A stretch of 47,814 nt of DNA from Octopus bimaculoides (lineage: Eukaryota): positions 43,342,823 through 43,390,636 of the forward strand of contig NC_068987.1 of the NCBI RefSeq assembly GCF_001194135.2. Reading direction: 5' to 3'. The notes under the pieces are model-generated. The model did no database searches and was not told where the DNA came from. It worked only from the letters and a program-made list of their open reading frames with translations. This document shows, one piece after another, positions 35,721 through 47,814 of the stretch; positions within the stretch are counted from its first letter, which is position 1; every line of letters starts with the position of its first letter. The translations under genes were made by a program, and so were the position numbers.

Positions 35721-37392
35721 GAATGACTAATATAATTATTTCGGCGAGTACGAAAGACAACTCCATCATGTTTCACTCCTATTATAACCTCATCAGCTAA
35801 GCATAGCCTTTACGTTACTTATCGTAGTTCAGTGGTAGAAAAATTACTGAGCAAATGTACAAGATTTTTAGTAAAATTGTTTTGGAAAAATTGCTTGGTT
35901 TGTATCCCATAATCCATGGTTCTGAGTTTAAATCATATCACTGACTTACAACTTGGAAGTTAAAAGATAAATTTATTTTACCTCTCTAAAATAAATAAAT
36001 ATTTTATTTGATCATTTGCAATATCTCATACAAAAAAATGTAAATGCGCTAAAATATAAAAAGTTGTACACAGAACACATGTGTTTTTTTTTATGTGTTG
36101 GAACATAATTTATTGTTATGTAGGGACCTTGTTTGGCCCTACCTGAGATTCGAAACCAAATCCACTTGCTTGTTGCTTGTCAAGATAGTCTGAAATCCCT
36201 TTGTCTTTGCATCCCCCACACTGGATGATTAATGGGAAACACTTGACCTAAGACCTTTTGCTGGTCAATGAAGGGTCAGCCCTTTGTTTAGGATTTAACC
36301 TACATCCTAACCATAGTCTATATAACACAGAGCATTTCCTTCTCTGATCTCTTCAGTCTACACAACTGGCATGGAACGCACGTTCGTGTCAGCCATGGCC
36401 AAGAGCAACACTTCTCTTTGACTTTTTGGCAGAAACTGAAGAGCACCTTTTGGCTGACCCAAAGGGACAATGCAACCTATACCCTTTCTTCCTTTCTGTC
36501 AACAGAGTGTAATCCCTACTCTTTTCATCTCTACCAGCAGAACACACAACTACTGACCAGCAGGTGAAATTTTGTCACTGTCTACTGTTGTCTTAACTAA
36601 TGACTGTGGGCAAATCAACTATGTACAACTACTGCTGTCTTACTATCAACTGCAGGCAAATAAAAACAGTTAATATTATTCTGCATTCTTCGGTGTTCTT
36701 CATTTGGTATCTCTGATGTGAGAACCTTACATCATTACATCAACAGTAGTGACATTGACCCTGGCCTACATTACATGCTACAGTTCCATTAATAGGAAAG
36801 GTGTTCATATAGTACATTTAATGGAAACAATATGATAAAACAGCTTCATATGACATGTAGGGTAAGTCTCTGTCAGCAACTCAACATGGGGTGGGGTAGT
36901 TGTTACCAACTTTGTAAAAATATATCCTTTATTATTTTACTGGTTTCAGTCATAACTGGTTTCAGTCATTCAGGCGCTATGATGTATATTCTTCAATTAT
37001 CCTCAGTTGAATATGCAGCTGTAAGAATGGCTATTAGGAGAATGTAATGCAACTTGACCCCTGAAATGGTGAGAGTAGAGAACCTCATGGCAGCTTGGAT
37101 GTTTTGACACTACAAAACTGGTGGCTAATTAGGCCCCTTTCACAGGTTCTAGTTGAATCACTGAACTATCATGGGAACTATAGCCGTTCACTGGATAAAA
37201 TCTTGATTTGTGCACGTGATCAAACCATGACTAATCTGTGACCTGAAATTCGTATGTGGCAAAACACGGGATTGAATCCAATGCTATGACAGTCTCATTT
37301 TGATGCTCAGAATGAGACTGCTTCTAGTCCAAACTATCAGCTGGCATATTTCTATCAAAAGAAAAGCACTAACACTGAATACAATAAAGTAG

Positions 37393-37763
37393 TGTGATGT
37401 GAAGGAGGAAAAAGACGAAAGCAAAGAGAGAATTGTGGTAGTCTTATCTGTCAGTCTGGGAGGGTCGCTCACAACGTCCACATATTCTGTCTCGATCTGG
37501 AAGGTTAACTCACAACGTCCATGTGCTCTGTCTGCTGATGTACCATCTAACATGTCTACTCTCATGCACTGTCCATCACCAACTGACTGCTCGCACCTCG
37601 CTGGCTCCGCATGCCAACTGCGGCCTTTCCAGTGGGACCCACAGGTCCCACTTCCGCCAGGACATGCATACTCCCTCACTTCCAGTCCTTCCCTACAACA
37701 CAGCCTGGTTCATAACATCACACACTGCCTTGATCTGAAGATCATTCAACCAGCCTACCCACA
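37393..37763 (-). repeat. 3' LTR (~370 bp) of the Gypsy element
   Basis: The minus strand has a polypurine tract GAGGGGAGGG immediately followed by TG (37763) and ends ...CACATCACA. No matching 5' LTR in the window. Confidence 0.7.
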
Positions 37764-40130
37764 CCCTCCCCTCAACCCTGACCACACACCTTAACTTGTC
37801 TTGTAATCAGCCAACCAGTGAAGAGGGCACTGCTCCCTCTGCGACTGCCATGCGACTTTAGGACTGGCCTCAATTCCTGGCATGTTGCTGCTGGCTTCGT
37901 CCTTTTGTCCATTACTATTGGTCCCATCCTCCGTCGCATAGATGATCCTGCGCACATGCAAAACATGATGTGGCATGCTATCTACGGACACATTGTACCT
38001 TGAATTTACAGAGGTTACAGTCCCCTTTACCCATTGTGATGTGCACTGTGCATTTGGAAGTTTAACCCAGACTTCTTCCCCAACCTGCACAAAGGCATGC
38101 TCTTTCTCTTCTGTGAGTTGCAGCAATGTGGTACATGGATGTCTCTACTCGTACTCGAATATTGCCCTGTGTGGCACTGACTCCTCAGCCTGTCCTGACC
38201 TGAACAATGTTTTATACCAAAAAACGGCCTTGACTAGCAAGATGTGGCCCCTCTCTGCTATAGTCTTGATGGTGCAATGATGCCTCTCCACAACCCCATT
38301 GCCACTTGGCCAGTATGCCACCCTGAAGAAATGGCTAACATGCCACTTGTTGAGCATTTCCGCCAGCACCTCTGAGCAAAATGCAGTGCTATTGTCCACA
38401 AGCAGCTCATCCACGAGGCCTTGTTCTAGGAATATCTCATTTAGTATTCTTGTGATTTCATCCGTGATCTCCATCTTCATCTCCCTCCATATGGCCAACC
38501 ACCCCAGTCTGCAGTCGACCATCGAGAGAGATGTCACCTGCCGGTAGTGCGTCACGTCCACTGCCAATCGTTTCCAGTTGTGTTCCACTGGAATGCTTCC
38601 TGCCTCATGGACACCTGGAGTGGGATCAATGAACTGGCACCTGTTGCAGCTCCCAACTACTCTTTGCACACTCTACCTGTAAACATCAGAGTCAACTTCC
38701 CTGGCTAGGAACAGGGCCCTGTCCACCCTCATGTGACACATGGTATGCAATATCCTCAGCTCCGAGTCATTCAGTCAACACACTTCTGCCACTCCTTGAT
38801 CCTCTGGCATCCGTAGCCAAGCTTTCTTTACCCTGGTCAGGACGTCCGCTCTATTCCTCTCAGAGGGCACAAAAACCACACTCAGCCTCAGGTCAAACTC
38901 AACAGCTAACTCACTCAGAATTCCCAAACGGTGTTTTATCAGCATCTCTGCACCCCCTTTAGTTTGCACCCTCTGCTTGCCATGATGCAGTCACTCTTCA
39001 AGACTTCTTGCATCATGGCAGTTGTCTTCTTGCCCACATTGTCACTCCACCTCACTCCTTCAGCTCACTTCTTGATGAAGCTGCATGCTGTCTGGAGCCA
39101 TCCTGCAATCTGGTAGCATCCCAACTGTTTCCCACACACAGAAAACAGTTTTTGCCTACTCGTCTTGGAGCCCAGTTCTGGGATCTCATTCCCTCTCTGA
39201 AACACCAACGCACCGGCCTTGTCTCTCCGTAGCTTGAGTTTCAGTGCAGCTCCTCCTTCCATCGCCTCCGGTGGTTTGGCAGTTAGCCCCAAACTCTTCA
39301 GGTGGCTTATGACCTCTTTGCCAACACTATGCTCTCATCCACCAGAATGTCATCAATATAGGAATTGGTGGCTCTTTTCACTTTGTCTGCCTTTCCTAGG
39401 ATGGTTTTGAGAATCATCGCCATAATCTTCGGTGCTGAATTTAGCCTGAATCTCAACCTGGTCAGGCAGTATGTCCAATCATTATACCTTACCAGCTAAT
39501 ATTTCCACAGTCTCTTGGCCACATGCAGCTGCAGGTATGCCAACTTCAAATCGATGATTGTAGAGGCCCCTGTCATCTGCTTCTACTCTCTCAAGGTTTT
39601 GCTGCAAATATCTGTAGCTTCGCTGCCTGTATGGCACAATACATGGTTGTTCAGCTCTCAGAAATCTAATACTGTCCTGACTTTATGCTTTGTCAGCTGC
39701 ACCACTGCCATCAGTAGTAGCACTCTTCTCTCCACTTCCTCCTTCTAAGGAATCAGAATACCTTCCCTGATCCACCGGTCCACCTCTCCATCGAACTCGC
39801 TTCTGGCATCCCCTTTCAGGGTATGCTGATAGCAGCCTACTGCGTTTTTCAATGTCAGAGGATTTCCCTTCCAGTACCATTCCACTGTCCACTACCGGCT
39901 GTCAAACACAGCCCAAAAATCCTTGTCTGTAATGGTGTGTGCAACATATTTTTCTTCACCAATCTCCTGTCGTGAACTCATGGCGCATAGTGCCCCTGCA
40001 TCACAAACATTGCACCAGCTTCATTGACCATGACACCTCCCAAACAGACAATGGCATCCATCCCTATTACCACATTGACTCCGTCCGCCATGCAAATTTC
40101 ACTTAACACTTCTACACTGCTTTTCTCATG
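37393..40130 (-). mobile_element. Ty3/Gypsy LTR retrotransposon, 5'-truncated and internally deleted (protease end, RT, RNase H end, integrase, PPT, 3' LTR)
   Basis: VVIGMDAIVCLGGV (protease end); DLKLAYLQ, LNSAPKIM and SYIDDILV (RT); NRADVLTR (RNase H); WKRLAVDVTHY...LVDNSTAF...GNGVVERHH (integrase D,D35E). Domain order is RT-RH-IN. Many stops and frameshifts. Confidence 0.92.
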
Positions 40131-40149
40131 GTAAAACAATAGTTTTTCT

Positions 40150-40405
40150 GTGAACAACAACCTCTCTTGCCAACCTCCGAAAACCACTCTTGACAACCTC
40201 CGACAACCTCCCTAGACAACCTCTGACGACCTCTCTTGCCAACCTCTGACAACCTCTCTCCTCAAGCTGACAGTTTTTGTACTTTTTCGTGACGGAAAAT
40301 ACACCTTTTGTGACAGTTATAACGAAATTGCTTTCTTATATCAGAGTAATAAGGCGTTTCAATAAAACATCTAAACCCCCGGGAATTACCAGGTACACCA
40401 GCTAG
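40150..40405 (+). mobile_element. Short tandem array (GACAACCTC-like units) ending in a Helitron-like 3' terminus
   Basis: CCCGG-gaatta-CCAGG imperfect hairpin about 8 nt before CTAG (40402-40405), followed by T. Confidence 0.45.
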
Positions 40406-40557
40406 TATATATATATATGTGTGTGTATGTGTGTATGTATGTATGTGTGTGTGTATATACACACACATATATATACATACACACACACTCATACATATAT
40501 ACATACATATATATGTGTGTGTGTGTGTGTATGTATATATATGTGTGTGTATATATA
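40406..40557. repeat. Compound (TA)/(TG)/(CA) microsatellite; others at 1-27, 695-745, 1516-1592, 12660-12692, 14450-14502 (GA), 24290-24345, 26360-26436, 33607-33657 and 42420-42482 (GATA)
   Basis: Read directly from the sequence. Confidence 0.95.
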
Positions 40558-41438
40558 CAGGGGTTGGACAAAATAATGGAAACACCCAACATTATAGCAT
40601 CATAATTTTGAAATATCTAGAAATCTGTCAAAAGGTATTTATTTTTATGTTTTTTTTATTTATTATTAGTGTTGCTTAATATGATTTGCTAAAATTGTTG
40701 TTTCTTTTCAAATATCATCAAAAAAAGGTAATCAAAATTCATCAAAATGACAGATCTATAGAACTTTCAAAGAGGTCGAATTGTTGGTGCTTGTATGGCA
40801 GATGCTAGCAAAAGAAAAACAGCCAAAATGTTTGGTTTATCAAGAAATAGTGTCTCAAAAGTAATGACAGCTTTTGAGAAAGAGGGAAAAACCTCCTCAT
40901 CAAAACAAAACTCCAGAAGAAACCAAAACTTTCAGACAGGGACCATCAGACTCTTATATGAATTGTTAGCTCCCAAAATTACTGCAGAGCTTAATGATCA
41001 CCTTGAGAACCCAGTTTCCACAAAAACTGCTCGTCAGGAGCTGCACAAAGTCAGATTTCAGGAGAGGGCTGCAATCAGAAAACCACTACTTTCAAAAAAA
41101 CAAACGTTGCAAAGCGTTTAGAGTGGAGTAAAAACCTACAGATTTGGTCCCTTGAGCAGTGGAAGAATGTTATTTTCTCAGACAAGTCATCCTTTACCTT
41201 ATTTCTGACCACCGGCTGAGTATACATGTGGAAACAGCCAAAAGCAGCATTTGACCCAGACTGCCTTCTTCCAACTGTTAAACATGGAGGAGGATCTGTA
41301 ATAATCTGGTGGGGCTATATCTTGGAAATCCGCCAGCCCAGTGGTTTCCCTTCATGGCAGAATTAATACTGAAGACTATTTAAGCATTTTATCTGATCAA
41401 ATTCATGCTATGCTTGCAGAAATGTTTCCGGTGGGAAA
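40558..41438 (+). mobile_element. Tc1-family transposon, left part, disrupted transposase (ATG 40747), cut by the gap
   Basis: TA|CAGGGGTTGGACAAAATAATGGAAACACC TIR; MTDL*NFQRGRIVGA..., LHKVRF..RAAIRKPLL, WKNVIFSDKSSF, TVKHGGGSVIIW, LHGRINTEDY. Confidence 0.92.
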
Positions 41439-42051
41439 NNNNNNNNNNNNNNNNNNNNNNNNNNNNNNNNNNNNNNNNNNNNNNNNNNNNNNNNNNNNNN
41501 NNNNNNNNNNNNNNNNNNNNNNNNNNNNNNNNNNNNNNNNNNNNNNNNNNNNNNNNNNNNNNNNNNNNNNNNNNNNNNNNNNNNNNNNNNNNNNNNNNNN
41601 NNNNNNNNNNNNNNNNNNNNNNNNNNNNNNNNNNNNNNNNNNNNNNNNNNNNNNNNNNNNNNNNNNNNNNNNNNNNNNNNNNNNNNNNNNNNNNNNNNNN
41701 NNNNNNNNNNNNNNNNNNNNNNNNNNNNNNNNNNNNNNNNNNNNNNNNNNNNNNNNNNNNNNNNNNNNNNNNNNNNNNNNNNNNNNNNNNNNNNNNNNNN
41801 NNNNNNNNNNNNNNNNNNNNNNNNNNNNNNNNNNNNNNNNNNNNNNNNNNNNNNNNNNNNNNNNNNNNNNNNNNNNNNNNNNNNNNNNNNNNNNNNNNNN
41901 NNNNNNNNNNNNNNNNNNNNNNNNNNNNNNNNNNNNNNNNNNNNNNNNNNNNNNNNNNNNNNNNNNNNNNNNNNNNNNNNNNNNNNNNNNNNNNNNNNNN
42001 NNNNNNNNNNNNNNNNNNNNNNNNNNNNNNNNNNNNNNNNNNNNNNNNNNN
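41439..42051. other. Assembly gap (613 N)
   Basis: Run of N. Confidence 1.
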
Positions 42052-42569
42052 TTTCGAAGATAAGGCAGGACGTACTCTAGAATAGTCTCTTCCTGAGTAG
42101 TGGATCAACCAACTAAACAGAGGATTCCAAGGTGGCAAACGTAAACCAAGACAGGAAAAATTGGACAGTGAAAACAACATAAAAAAGCCGTACGGCCAAA
42201 CGCGAATCTGATGTAGAACGCTAGTAGTTCGTCTTGCCTTCACAGCGGCTGGAGTGAAAAGAAAGTTGACCACAGGTCACATGAGAGCAGAGAGGGTGGT
42301 GGAGGGAGGAAGTGGAACAAGGAGGGAGAAACAGGAGTGTATAGCAGTGAATTGGAAGTTAGAATAACAGAAAGAAGCAGAGCGAGACGGGGAGATGGGT
42401 AAGGAGAAAGATAGATAGGTAGATAGAGGGATAGATAGAAAGATAGAGGAAGACAGATAGATAGATAGATAGATAGATATACATATCTTTTATTATTTAC
42501 TTGCTTCAGTCATCAGACTGCAGCCATACTGGAGCACCACCTAGAATTTTACAGTATTTGATAGTTTCA

Positions 42570-44000
42570 GGCAGATTTTTACTGCATCACATGCTACACC
42601 TCCATGTTGCTGAGGTATGTGCAGAATTGTGTGTTCTTTCTCATTGTTGGGGGAGTACAAACTCTTCCCAGTTTTGTTTTGAATAAATAGTGTTTTGTGT
42701 AGGATGTGGGCTGTTCTTAGCAAGGTTATTCTTTGGATGGGGTGTAGTGTTGTGGGTCCAGGCATAGCTTCTATATTTTCGTTCAGTTATTGTTTTCACC
42801 TTCATGCCCAACATCTTGAATACTTCAATTACAACATTTTTGTACTTTCACAATTGCTCCTCTTCTTTTTGGACAATATTTTAGCCAGAAGGGACTGCAA
42901 TGTCTATCAGTAAGCAGGTGCTTTTTTTTTTTCCAATCCTTGATTATTATATCTGGGAATTAGCTTTTATTTTTTTGTCAGTTTGAACTGGCATATCTCA
43001 AATGATTGCGACCTGGTCATTGTCATAAAACTTGTTTGGAACATATTTATACCAATCTTTGTTAGTTTTTATACTGTAGCATTGGGTTCACTGAATATAA
43101 CTACTTACTTAGTCATGTCTGCATATGTATTCAGATTTGGCAAGGACTGAGCAGCCAGAGATGATGTGGTCAACTGTTTCATTGTGCTGGTTGCACATTC
43201 TGCATTTGGTGTTAGGACCTGTTTACATTATTTTGCTTTTATAGTTGTTTGTGGTCAGGCATCAGTCTTTTGCAGCAAGAATCAATCCTTCCATTTCTGC
43301 TTTTAGTCCAGAGCTTTTGAGCCATTGTTGGCTTTTACTTTGGCTCATTTCATATCTGTCAAGCTTTGCAGGGTACTGGCTATGGAGTGATTTTTCTCTC
43401 CATTTCTTCTTTAGCATGTTTTGTAGTTCTGTTTAAATGTTTTTTGTCTCTTTAACCATTTCTGCTCTGTCGTATCAGAGATCAGTGTATTAATGTAGCT
43501 TGTTTCTGTTTTATATTTTGTCACCTCCTTGTGTATAGAGAAAAGTGTTTACTTTTTTTTTTTTGTGTTACTTTATTACATGAAGTAGTCTTCCATGTAG
43601 TGGTTTCTAAGTACTTTTCTAGTCCAACTGTTATTCTTTTATTGTAGTCCTCTATCTGTGTCAGGCCATAACCTCCTTCTGATTGTCTTTTGTTTTAAAT
43701 TCTTTCTGTGCTTGCTTTAGGGTGGTGGCCTTTGTATGCTGTTAATAGATTTTTGGTTTTTCTATTGAAGTTTCTCAATTCATTGATCTTCCAGTATATT
43801 TTGTTAAAGCTGTAATTTATAACTGGCATGGCTAGCATGTTTATCTCTATTATCTTATTTTTAGCGTTGAGTTCAGTGTTTAATACTCATCTAACCCTTC
43901 TGTAATATTCTCTCATAATTTTCTCTTTCATTTCTGTGGGCTGTATTTTAGCTGATTTTTCTATTCCTAGATATTTGTATGGGCAACTGTGGTCTAATTT
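42570..44000 (-). mobile_element. R4/Dong-like REL non-LTR retrotransposon, 5'-truncated, decayed
   Basis: YKYLGIE...MKEKIMREYYRRVR..ELNAKNKI, HHPKASTER, WLKSSGLKAEMEGLILAA, CRMC...HIISGC (CCHC knuckle), LIDIAVPS, ITLLRTAHILHK. Confidence 0.88.
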
Positions 44001-47000
44001 TCTGCAATCTACACTCCACCCCATCATCTCTTTCTCTCCTTCTTCTCCTGTCTGCTGTATCACTGTTTCATTATTGCTATTCTACTGCTTTTCACCCATT
44101 TCTGTACTATCACTTATTATGCAGTCAGATGCACCACTAACCCAATTCATATGTATTATGGTTCATTCCCACCCCTTATCTACCATTTACTACATCCACC
44201 CCTCAATCTTACCCAATCTCTACAATCTAATGTATATTTATCATCAACTACCCTCCAACCCTTATTCATTCATTATATCCAATCTCTCACTCTTATGTAT
44301 TCTTCATCTCTAACACTCTCCTACTCTCTGAATACACTCTTGCAATTTCTACTCACTCACACTCCTTGTTATTCTGTTCCCACTCACTTCTACTCACTTT
44401 GTATCTTGTGGATCTATTCTGACATCACTTCACCTTTATTTTATCTCTCTTTCCAGCTCCATCCCAGTCACTCTCACTCTCTCTTCCATAAAGTGAGTTG
44501 CTATGAATCTCCTCTACAACAAGAAACCGGTTTTATTCTGGCCCATGCTTTCATATTTTAATCCCTTATTTCTTAGGATAAAGCTGCCTTTCACTCTACT
44601 GTAGCCCTATTCAGTCAAATGGGATCTCAGACTTGTGAGATGCATAGTGATCTCACTAGTGCTAGTGCCATGAAAAGAGTACCCACTATGCTCTGTAAAG
44701 GCATTAGGAAGGGCATCCAGCTACAGGAACCATGTCAAAATAGGCATTGGAATATGATGCAGTCTTTGGACCAGTTAGGTCTTGTCAAACCATTTCATTC
44801 AGGCCAACATAAAAGATTGATACTAAAAAATGGAGAGATGGATAAACAGTCAATATGTTACCAAATGGTTCTGTGCAGATAACTTTCCAGAAGTGGAAAG
44901 GTAAATTCAGTAATCAGACATGTATGGCTTGTGCTCTTAACTACAGGAGGTCACATCTAATTTATGAGTTGTTGTAAAAATTGAGTTACAATTCATAGCA
45001 AAGACGGAAACATTCAATGGATATGAATTACATTTTGTCTTCTTGTTGACAGAGATGGCTGGGGAAGTAGAATATATCCCTAATATTTTTTGTTGGAGCC
45101 TGGAATTTGTTAGTTTAAGAACTACTGAGACTATGTAATCTTTCTTAATGTTTTCTGTAAAACTGAGAAAGTTCAAGAACTGCTACTAAATTTTGATCAC
45201 TAGTTCACTTTTCACATTTTTCACTGAGGAACAGCACAGTATTGTTAGTAAAGTGAAGTAAATCTAGATTTATGGAAATATGAAATATAAATTTATTAGG
45301 TAAATTTTTTTATTTATAAGTAGTCTTGATAGGAAAAAAACAAGGAACAAAAGGCACCCTTATCTCTCGATTGCCTTTTGTTTTAAATTTATAACATGTT
45401 ACATGTACCAGCTCAAGAAGCTCATCAAAGATCCCTGCTATTTTGGTAAATAGCAGTAGAAAGAGAGCAGGAAAATATCAGCAAAACAAAAAGAAATTAT
45501 TGAGATATAAAAGAACTCCCATAAATCACCTTCACACCCATTTCTACAAATACACTTTTTCATACACACATTTTTGATTCCATTATGTAAACCCTTATGT
45601 AGAGAATAGAACTTATAAAATTTGAAAATGTTCTTCTTGTAATAAAAGATATTAATAATAAGATAAATTTATGTGACAATAAAGAATATGTTATTACTAA
45701 ATTGTTTCACTTTCACATGTGATTTACTTAAAGCTTTACTCAGGCCCTGCCCTTAGATATAATTAGAAAACAAACCTAGAGCCAGGTTAAGTAGCAAGCA
45801 CCTGATTGTAAAATCCAAGCTCATTAACTAAATTTCATATCAATCAATATCAGACAGTGAGCCCACAATTACTCTTCACAAAAGTCAGCTAAAAATAGAA
45901 TCAGATCAAGAAACCTTTCGTCATCATTAGCTGTAAGAGCTTCTCAAACTTTTCCCATAAACTTCAGTATCAATATCATACAAAGAATCATGAAGTCACA
46001 TACAAATGATACATACCAATTATAGAAAGCTTAACATTTCTGGCAATCTTTTGCAGTTTAGTTGCTATTTGATGTTGTTACTTATAAAATGCTGCTGCTT
46101 TATTTAACTTTCATTAATTTTAGTATTTGTCTCTTGGCATTTGTTATTTCTGGAGTGTTGCAACAAGAAATATCCTGTGTATAATTCTGCCTTAACCTGC
46201 CATCTTCAAAGAGCCAACCCTTTCAATTATTAATAAGAAATACTATAACTGTTTCTAATATATACTCAAGGTTTGAGACTTTAGGGGAGAGTGGGTTAGT
46301 TGGTTACAGTGATCCCAATGTTAGACTGTTCTTGATTATTGGTCCCAGGAGGATAAAAGGCAAAGTTGATTGCAGCAGAATTTTAACCCAGAATATAAAG
46401 AGTTGGAAGAAATGCCATTAAGTCACCTTGTTTGATGTTCTAATGATTTTTTGCTAATTCACTCCAATCCACTTCCCTTGCTAATCCAAATAAATGCTGT
46501 AATGACATTACTTCTGTGTTGTAGAGCTCTTTGATCTAACAAATGGGAAAAAAACAGAAATATATTTTAGTTTATGATAAGCAAACTGAGATGGGCCATT
46601 ATCAGCACAATAAAAACTATGGGATGGATTTTGATAAATGAATGAGCCTTTATGTAGTTATTTCAGTTGAGAGGAATAAAAACCAAATCTCACCCTACCA
46701 CCTAAAAAAAGGGGTTGGAGGGCAAGACGTGTTCTATAATGTAGCCCTACTTATAATATATTTGGAAAAAAATGAGGGAATGGTTGAAATTTCTTTCATC
46801 TTAGATCTATACAACTAGGGTATATCTGGGGTTAAACAACAACTAATGATTTTCAAGCATTTATAAAAACAAAAACTCAATGTTTCCCAGTGTTCTTAGT
46901 CTTTGGCATCCTAAGAAGAGAAGAGAGCACAACACTTTAGAAGAAACAACACAAGGAGTTACAATACCTTAGGACTATTGTCAGTCACAATGACCTTCTT

Positions 47001-47352
47001 AAGCGATCCCACAATTCTCTAAGGAATGGTATCATTTCGAAAGCACTAGCATAGTCTAATTTTAAGATGTTAATTAACCATCATTATCATCATCGTTTAA
47101 CGTCCGTTTTCCATGCTGGCATGGGTTGGACGGTTTGACTGGCAATGTTTCTACAGCTGGATGCCCTTCTTAACGCCAACCACTCTGAGAGCAGCCCTGC
47201 AAAACACAAATGGTCTTTACACAGACGTACAGAATAACAGTAACCAAATGATGATGGCGGAGTGCACAACAAACATCAGTAATTTGACTGTCGCCTGTAC
47301 TTATGACAAGAAATACCAGTTAATCTTTTACAACTACCAGGCTCATTTGTAT

Positions 47353-47521
47353 TAGCCCGAGTTGCTGGATAATTTTTCATTCCTTTAAGAATATTGTAGA
47401 ACAGAAACTTTTCATAGATTGGAATTTAAATCCTAACCTCTATAGAAATTTATTATGTCAAGGAAACATTGAATTTGAATTACTTTTAATCTTTACGATT
47501 ATAGAGAACAACTCGGGCTGT
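47353..47521. mobile_element. Possible small MITE
   Basis: AGCCCGAGTTG near 47355 and CAACTCGGGCT near 47508 are reverse complements, with TA close to both ends. Confidence 0.4.
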
Positions 47522-47814
47522 AACTTCTGAGCCCAAGTCAGGCATGTGTGAACGATGTCAAGAGAACGTCTGCTACAAATATTTTTTTACATGGTGCACC
47601 TCTAAGACAATTGCCACAGGCTGAATGAAAATAAATGAACTGTGACCAAGCTCAACAAAAGGAGCTCAAGTTATTGGCAGCAATTACATACTTAAAGTCA
47701 GTGTTGGCAGAAATTAAATCAGCTTGCAAATGAAGATTCACTTTATTAAATTTATTAAATTTGTACGTGGGCTAAGCCTGAACAGCCCAAGTGTTAGAGT
47801 CGCCACTGATATAC

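Noticed and set aside
40262-40679. ORFs rich in YI/HT/CV dipeptides (also 1440-1832, 12639-12878, 26164-26439)
   Set aside because: Translations of (TA)/(CA)/(TG) microsatellites.
41341-42273. Long ORFs of 226-294 aa
   Set aside because: Artefacts of translation through the N gap.
44879-45445. Plus-strand micro-exons (44879-44900, 45412-45445) and the minus-strand ORF 44937-45176 as a second gene
   Set aside because: AG...GT pairs and 80-codon ORFs arise by chance. There is no recognisable protein and no consistent exon chain.
86-47355. The remaining short ORFs (60-135 aa) in the track
   Set aside because: They are antisense or out-of-frame readings of TE relics and SINEs, or low-complexity sequence, with no recognisable domains.

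Overview
AT-rich, repeat-dense eukaryotic genomic DNA with two assembly gaps (1593-1722 and 41439-42051). The SINE families look like those of coleoid cephalopods, probably Octopus; this is inferred from recognition of the repeats, not from a database search. One host gene can be reconstructed: a TXNDC15 orthologue on the minus strand. It has three coding exons with consistent splice phases: exon 1 at 34867-34924 (signal peptide), exon 2 at 26806-27574 (disordered region plus the N-terminal half of the thioredoxin fold, WCHFS motif) and exon 3 at 6648-6778 (C-terminal half of the fold). The final, transmembrane-encoding exon was not found and probably lies left of base 1 or in a gap. The introns (about 7.3 kb, 20 kb and more than 6.6 kb) and the upstream region are filled with decayed mobile elements. 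These include RTE-, CR1/L2-like and R4-like LINEs, many SINEs, a mariner, a Tc1, several MITEs, a Penelope-like element with long inverted arms, a 5'-truncated Ty3/Gypsy retrotransposon and possible Helitron relics. There are no rRNA, genuine tRNA or CRISPR features. I see no convincing wholly new gene system. The best leads are structural: long inverted repeats in the pre-mRNA (possible A-to-I editing substrates), a hairpin whose loop is inverted between two paralogous copies, an apparently locally templated insertion, a CpG-retaining promoter zone with a MITE and a possible antisense first exon, and an aromatic island in the TXNDC15 linker. Repeat boundaries are read by eye and are approximate.
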